A stretch of 42,239 nucleotides of DNA from Candidatus Woesearchaeota archaeon (lineage in GTDB: Archaea; Nanobdellota; Nanobdellia; Woesearchaeales; WAPY01), in assembly GCA_049700835.1 (NCBI GenBank), contig JBNAUL010000003.1:73775-116013 (forward strand). The letters are read 5' to 3'. Under the pieces are notes generated by a model. It ran no database searches, was not told where the DNA came from, and saw nothing but the letters and a program-made list of their open reading frames with translations. Below, one piece after another: positions 36,849 to 42,239 of the stretch. A program made the position numbers and the translations under genes. Position 1 is the first letter of the stretch; each line of letters opens with the position of its first letter.

Positions 36849-37583
36849 ATGTTTATTGACATAGCATTTCCAGGAAACAATGAAGAAGAATTTTTAAAAG
36901 TTCTTTCTAAATTAGAAACAAGAGCAGTTTGTTTTGCATACAGAAAAGAAGATTTCAGCAAAAAGGATTTTAGCAAACTGAAAAATAACAGCATAAAAAT
37001 TTACAAGGCTCTTTTCTTGGAGAATTCTGAAATTAACAAGGCAAAACAACTTAGGGATAAACTAAAACCAGATTTGGTAATAAGCAACAGCGTTGCAAGA
37101 ACAGCTTTTTCAAAGAATGTTGATGTGGTATTTGAACTTGAAAATCAAGAAAAAGACTACTTAAGATACATAAATTCTGGTCTTGATTCTGCAAAGGCAG
37201 TTTTGGCTTTAAAGTATGACATTCTTATTGGAATATCTTTTTCACTTGTTTTGAACTCTCAAAACTCAAAAATCCATAGAATAATTTCAAGGATGATGCA
37301 GAACGTAATGCTATGCAGAAAGAAAAAGATAAATGTTGTAATTGCTTCCTTTGCAAGAAAACCATTTGAGTTGAGGGCTTATCACGAGCTCTTCAGTTTT
37401 GGTTTTACTCTAAAAACAGAGAGCAGGCAATTGAAGCAATCATTAAAGAATAATCTCTACGAAAGAATAATGTTCAACAAAGGGATTAACGAAGGAAAAA
37501 TCATAGAAAAAGGAGTTGAAATCCTAAGTCAAGAGGAAATAAATGAAATACTTAAAAAATCAAAGCATAAAAAAATGAATTAA
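36849..37583 (+). CDS. Ribonuclease P protein subunit p30 family
   Basis: PHP-barrel-like; SGLD..A.LA, IGISFS, N..LCRK, VIASFA..PFELRA..L.SF motifs. Confidence 0.8.
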   Translation: MFIDIAFPGNNEEEFLKVLSKLETRAVCFAYRKEDFSKKDFSKLKNNSIKIYKALFLENSEINKAKQLRDKLKPDLVISNSVARTAFSKNVDVVFELENQEKDYLRYINSGLDSAKAVLALKYDILIGISFSLVLNSQNSKIHRIISRMMQNVMLCRKKKINVVIASFARKPFELRAYHELFSFGFTLKTESRQLKQSLKNNLYERIMFNKGINEGKIIEKGVEILSQEEINEILKKSKHKKMN

Positions 37584-37760
37584 AATCTTAATCTTAAATT
37601 TTGAATATCTTGTTTTGAATATCTTGTTTAGAAATATTAAAAGATAAAATTGATAAAATGAATGAAAAATTTTTCAAGAAGCAAGAAACAATAAACCTTT
37701 GGCAGAATTGACTGATTTGGCTTGTTTGGCTGAAAACAGCATCGCAAAAAGTGAGGTATT

Positions 37761-39245
37761 ATGAAAAAAAAGGGTGAAAACAAAAACAAAGGCACAAAAT
37801 TAAAAATAGATTCAGTTCTTGCAATTTTTCTAATAATAATCTTCTTATCTTCTGCAATAAAAATTTTGTCATATAGCACAAGACCGGTTCATCACGACGA
37901 GGCAGTTTATAATTTCTTATCAAAGAAATTTTTGGAAAAAACATACTCTTATGATCCAGAGTATCATGGGCCTTTGATGTTCATGCTTCAAGGTTTGGGA
38001 ATAAAAATTTTTGGAGACAACATCAACGGTTTAAGATTGATTTATTTAATATTCAGCATATCAAGCTTGATTTTTCTTATCTTATTGAAAAATGATTTTG
38101 AAACAGAAAAATTTTTGACTCTAACAATCCTCTTTTCATTTTCTCCGGTAATAAATTACTATTCATCTTATGCTTGCTGGGAATCAGGATTCCTGTTTTT
38201 TTACATTCTCTTTTTGGTTTCAACAATAAAAATAATTAGAGGTAAAACCAACTTTATTTTTCTATTATCCGCAAGCTCTGCGCTCATGATAGCAACATAC
38301 GAATCAGCAATAATAATTCTGCTCGCAACAATCTTTCTTTTTATGCTTTTTTTCAATAACGAGATTAAGAGCAAAATTAAGAGCATTCTCAAGAACAAAA
38401 AAGAGAAGAGGATTTTTTTTATAAAAGCGCTCGTTGCATCAGCAATCTTTGTTTCAACGATTTTGTTATTGTTTTCAGTTTTTTTCACGCAGAACCCAAT
38501 TAATAACATTTCAAAAATGATAAGCTACAACCTTAAAAAAACATACACAACAGGCCATAACAAACCATTCTATTACTATTTTGTAAAAATACTTCCTTTG
38601 GAACTGCCTGCCCTTGTTTTATTCATTTACTCTCTAATGCTTCATGCTGAACTCTTTTTCAAAGCCAGGAAAAATTTCAGAAAAAAAGAGATCAGGGAGA
38701 ATGAAATTTTTTTCTTTCTTGCCATCATTATTCTTGCTGTCTTGTCGATAATGCCTTACAAAGTCCCTTGGCTCTCTTTTCTTTATTTGCCGCCCTTTAT
38801 CTTTTTTTCAGCAACAGCATTTAAACAAGATAAAAAATCACAATCCTTGTTTAGATTACTGCTTATATTGACAGCATCATTCTTGTTTATTACGACAATA
38901 AGATTGAACTTTTATGATTATGACAGCATTGAGAATACTCTTGCTTATGTGCAAGCAACAAGAGAATTGCCAAAAACAATAAACAAAATAATGTTAAAAA
39001 ATCCTCAGATTGGATTAATAATAAGCAAAGAGTATTGGCCTTTGCCATGGTATTTCAGAAACATAACAGTTGACTATTACTCAAAAAAACCAGAATACAA
39101 AATAAATTACGAGAAATTTGATTTCGTAATAACAGACAAAGAAACATACGATGAAATAAAAAACGAAAATTCTTTATCTGCTTTCAATGTTGAAACCTTT
39201 GAAATAAGACCATATGTTTGGCTTTATCTGTTTTTGAAGGTTTAA
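37761..39245 (+). CDS. GT-C fold membrane glycosyltransferase-like protein (Agl23/TIGR03663-like)
   Basis: RPVHHDEAV, YSYDPEYHGP, HNKPFYYY, PYKVPW, YVQA, YWPLPWYFR. Confidence 0.8.
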   Translation: MKKKGENKNKGTKLKIDSVLAIFLIIIFLSSAIKILSYSTRPVHHDEAVYNFLSKKFLEKTYSYDPEYHGPLMFMLQGLGIKIFGDNINGLRLIYLIFSISSLIFLILLKNDFETEKFLTLTILFSFSPVINYYSSYACWESGFLFFYILFLVSTIKIIRGKTNFIFLLSASSALMIATYESAIIILLATIFLFMLFFNNEIKSKIKSILKNKKEKRIFFIKALVASAIFVSTILLLFSVFFTQNPINNISKMISYNLKKTYTTGHNKPFYYYFVKILPLELPALVLFIYSLMLHAELFFKARKNFRKKEIRENEIFFFLAIIILAVLSIMPYKVPWLSFLYLPPFIFFSATAFKQDKKSQSLFRLLLILTASFLFITTIRLNFYDYDSIENTLAYVQATRELPKTINKIMLKNPQIGLIISKEYWPLPWYFRNITVDYYSKKPEYKINYEKFDFVITDKETYDEIKNENSLSAFNVETFEIRPYVWLYLFLKV

Positions 39246-39830
39246 TCAAACTTCTTCAGATTTAACTGCTGAAGCTGAATTAGAAGTTGGAGAGCATAGA
39301 GAACAGTATTTAGTGTGGTTCAACATTATTAAACAAATTATATTAACAAATTATGTTAATAATGAAATAATAAAGTAAACGAATTGCCTTGCAAAGAATA
39401 GGCTTTAAGAATTAGCATAGCATTTTAGTGTTATTATGTTTATTTTTTTAAAGAATTTTTAGATTGCAATAAATCAAAGATAAATACAAAAATTCTTTTA
39501 TATTAATATTCTTTGATTTATTACTGTTTAATTTTGGTATGTGCTGAAGAAATTCACAAAAATCTTAAAAGTTAGAGAAACATTTAAATGAGTAAAAATA
39601 ATAACAATGGTGGTTCTTTAGAAGGGAAGTTTTAAAGTAATTTATAAACTTTTATTAAATTTTTATAGTTATATTCTATCCAAACTCATTATTAAATTCT
39701 TGCCTAAACTAAATTTACTTTACATTGAAATTTACGAAACCTTTAAATATTAAATGCTTTTTATTTTTGGTTAATGATTAATAATACTATGCAATGTTAC
39801 TAAAATATTATTATAAAAAGAGGTTTTAAG

Positions 39831-42239
39831 ATGAAGATTAAGTTTGAGCATGCAAGCTTTTTAAAGAGTGGATTAGTTTTTATTTTGTTTGTTTTTGTTC
39901 TTTTCTCAGGTTTTTTGGTTTTGGCTGTTGATAGTAGTCCTCCTGTTACTAGCATTAAGGGAGTTCTTCCTAATGGTTCTTTGTATTCTTTTGGTTCTTT
40001 GGCTTATGCAAATTATGTTAATATTAGTTTGAATTGTTCTGATACTGGGGGTGGTGTGTGTAAAAAAACTTTATATTGTACTGATACGCAAAACACTTGC
40101 AATCCAGATCTTAATTATTCCAATCAGATTCAAATTTATACTAATGAGTATGCTGTTCGTTATGTAAGGTTTTATAGTGTTGATTCAGCTAATAATGCTG
40201 AGAATGTTAGTTACAGAATTGTTAAGTTATGGGCTCCGGATTATTGTCCTTATTTGAGGGTTGGTTGGGATGGTGTTTCTGTTGGTTGTTGTTTGTCTGC
40301 TGGTCAGTGTTTGGTTAGTTCTGGTGGTGATGTTGGTAAGCATTTGGCTAGTGATTATTTTTCTGCTGTTAGTGTTTCTGATTTGCCTAGGTGTGTTGAT
40401 TCTGGGGAGTTTATTGGTGATTTTTATTGTGATGGTGGTGTTTGGTCTTCTAGGACTAAGTTTGTTGCTTTGGCTTTGTTGAATTTTACTAGGGAGAGGA
40501 ATGTTGGTGATTATAGTTTGTTTTGTGATTCTCCTGATGTTGTTGGTAATTTTTTGGATTATGAGCCTTTTAGTAATTTGGTTGGTTTGGATTGTGTTAG
40601 GGGTTTGAGGGGTGTTTCTTGTTTTAATAGTTTTTGTGTTTTGAGGTTTAATGATTCTGGTGTTGAGCGTGTTTTGGTTGGTACTGCTTTGGCTTATCCT
40701 GTTAATAATAGGAGTGATTTTTTGCCTTTTAATTTTTTGAGGGATGTTTTGAATAAGAGTGTTGATTATTGTGATGGTGCTGTTGGTGGTGTTGGTTGGC
40801 GTAGGTGTAGGTTTGGGGATGTTTGGTATAATTCTGAGTTGGAGAGTGTTGTTTTTTCTGATTTTAATTTTTCTTTTGTGAGGCCTAGTTTTTGGGAGAA
40901 TCCTTTTTTGTTTTTGGTTGGTTTTGTTAGGGGTTTGTTTGGTGGTAGGGGTGGTGGTTTTGGTGTTGGTTCTTTGGGTGGTGTTGTTAGGTTTGATAGG
41001 TTGTTTGTTTTGGAGCGTGGTGTTGATCCTGGTAGGAGGGTTTTTGTTTTTGCTGATAGGTTTGGGAATGTTAGTTTTTTGGTTGGTAATTATTCTGGTT
41101 TTGTTAGTGATTTGTGTTCTGATTTTAATAGGTTGAGTGAGGGTAGTTGTGTTAATTTTGTTGGTTGTGAGTTTGATGTTTTTGATTTTGAGCGTGATTT
41201 TGAGGATAGGGTTTCTTTGTTGGATTTTTGGGTTAATATTACTGGTATGTTGAGGGTTGGTGATGTTTCTTATTCTTCTGATAGTTGTTTTAATTGTAAG
41301 AAGGATGTTGGTGAGGTTGGTGTTGATTGTGGTGGTTCTTGTAGGCCTTGTAAGTGTGTTGATTGGGATGGTGATGGTTTTGGTGTTTATTGTGTTAATG
41401 GTGCTGATTGTGATGATTTTAATCCTTTTGTTAATTTTGGTGTGAGTGAGGTTTGTAATAATGGAATTGATGATGATTGTGATGGTTTTGTTGATTTTGA
41501 TGATTCTGATTGTAAGTTTTGCGGTAATGGTGTTGTTGATTCTGTTAGTGAGGAGTGTGATGGTTCTGATTTTGTTGGTAAGAGTTGTGTTGATTTTGGT
41601 TTTTCTGGTGGTGTTTTGGAGTGTAAGAGTGATTGTAAGTTTGATTTTAGTGGTTGTTTTGTTAGTGTTTGTGATAATGATGGTGTTTGTGAGTTAGATA
41701 GGGGTGAGAATTCTAGTAATTGTGCGAATGATTGTGGGCAGCAGGAGGTGTGTGCTTTGAATAATGAGTTTTGTCGTAGTGCTGCTGATTGTTGTTCTTT
41801 TTATGCTTTTGGTAGTACTTGTTTTTATGGTGCTGTTTGTAATTTGAATGGTAGTGGTAGGTGTAGTTTTGTTAGTAAGGTTTGTGGTGCTGGTGAGGTT
41901 TGCACTGCTAGTGGTTGTAATTCCTCTCAGCCAAGCACTTGTGGTAATGGAAAGTGTGATTCTTCTAGTGGAGAAACTCCTGCTAATTGTCCTAAGGATT
42001 GCATAAGGTGTGAAAATATTAATATTATTAGTGATTATCTTGATTGTTATCGTTATCATCCTAGATGGGGATGGGGATGTATTATTATTCATCATCATAT
42101 TGATCATCCACGTTGTGTTTATTCTTGGAAGAGAAGTTATTCCTATTATTCTCCTTTTTGTTGGACTTTTTATGAAGCTACTCCTTATTATAATGGTTAT
42201 TGTCCTGATGGAGGAGTTTGTTGTTATACAAAATCAACT
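39831..42239 (+). CDS. Large secreted Cys-rich surface protein (3' end runs off the window)
   Basis: Not in the ORF track. GAGG SD, ATG 39831, frame open to the window end. Signal peptide; Ig-like DSSPPVT..RFYSVDSANNAE; DVGEVGVDCGGSC; DGDGFG..DCDD..EVCNNGIDDDCDG; CGNGVVD..EECDG; CGNGKCD..GETPANCPKDC. Confidence 0.88.
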   Translation, partial: MKIKFEHASFLKSGLVFILFVFVLFSGFLVLAVDSSPPVTSIKGVLPNGSLYSFGSLAYANYVNISLNCSDTGGGVCKKTLYCTDTQNTCNPDLNYSNQIQIYTNEYAVRYVRFYSVDSANNAENVSYRIVKLWAPDYCPYLRVGWDGVSVGCCLSAGQCLVSSGGDVGKHLASDYFSAVSVSDLPRCVDSGEFIGDFYCDGGVWSSRTKFVALALLNFTRERNVGDYSLFCDSPDVVGNFLDYEPFSNLVGLDCVRGLRGVSCFNSFCVLRFNDSGVERVLVGTALAYPVNNRSDFLPFNFLRDVLNKSVDYCDGAVGGVGWRRCRFGDVWYNSELESVVFSDFNFSFVRPSFWENPFLFLVGFVRGLFGGRGGGFGVGSLGGVVRFDRLFVLERGVDPGRRVFVFADRFGNVSFLVGNYSGFVSDLCSDFNRLSEGSCVNFVGCEFDVFDFERDFEDRVSLLDFWVNITGMLRVGDVSYSSDSCFNCKKDVGEVGVDCGGSCRPCKCVDWDGDGFGVYCVNGADCDDFNPFVNFGVSEVCNNGIDDDCDGFVDFDDSDCKFCGNGVVDSVSEECDGSDFVGKSCVDFGFSGGVLECKSDCKFDFSGCFVSVCDNDGVCELDRGENSSNCANDCGQQEVCALNNEFCRSAADCCSFYAFGSTCFYGAVCNLNGSGRCSFVSKVCGAGEVCTASGCNSSQPSTCGNGKCDSSSGETPANCPKDCIRCENINIISDYLDCYRYHPRWGWGCIIIHHHIDHPRCVYSWKRSYSYYSPFCWTFYEATPYYNGYCPDGGVCCYTKST

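Noticed and set aside
498..38509. Numerous 60-135 aa antisense or alternate-frame ORFs within long genes
   Set aside because: Fully overlap well-supported CDS and show no motifs.
9325..39830. Possible CRISPR array among the short repeats
   Set aside because: Repeats are two-copy, adjacent, mutually unrelated and have no spacers; no cas genes.
39246..39830. 585-nt AT-rich gap as replication origin or gene remnant
   Set aside because: No ORB-like repeats or cdc6 recognised; the short coding-like stretch after 39246 has no start codon; not supportable.
40261..42107. Hydrophobic Val/Leu ORFs (40261, 40918, 41257, 41446) and the Thr-rich antisense ORF 41694..42107
   Set aside because: Off-frame shadows of the G/T-biased real gene starting at 39831.

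Overview
AT-rich archaeal chromosomal segment. The gene content and style (GatDE, Cdc48, AMP phosphorylase, minimal SufBC, Rpp30, intron-containing tRNAs without encoded CCA, class III signal-peptide proteins, large Cys-rich surface proteins) suggest a DPANN archaeon, probably Woesearchaeota-like; this is inference. About 32 CDS and 5 tRNAs are supported. Two CDS missing from the ORF track run off the window edges (1..413 minus; 39831..end plus). Highlights: (1) a putative regulated thiol/lipoyl redox operon (Grx-CcdA/DsbD-like, GcvH-like, AhpD, CoADR/Nox-like, degenerate LplA) whose TATA box is flanked by twin TGTTTCAA-N3-TTGAAACA palindromes, directly after a membrane-anchored wHTH gene; (2) a surface-protein gene with about 411 consecutive codons ending only in T or G, plus a DGR-variable-region-like 3' segment; (3) an SLH-domain surface protein, unexpected in an archaeon, frameshifted at a G6 tract; (4) an apparently split ThiI clustered with SufBC, a Cys-rich regulator and TtuA/Ncs6; (5) a 48-nt identical repeat between the D1 and D2 modules of Cdc48; (6) recurrent 10-16 nt tandem duplications in intergenic DNA. 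All assignments come from reading motifs by eye; no database searches were run.
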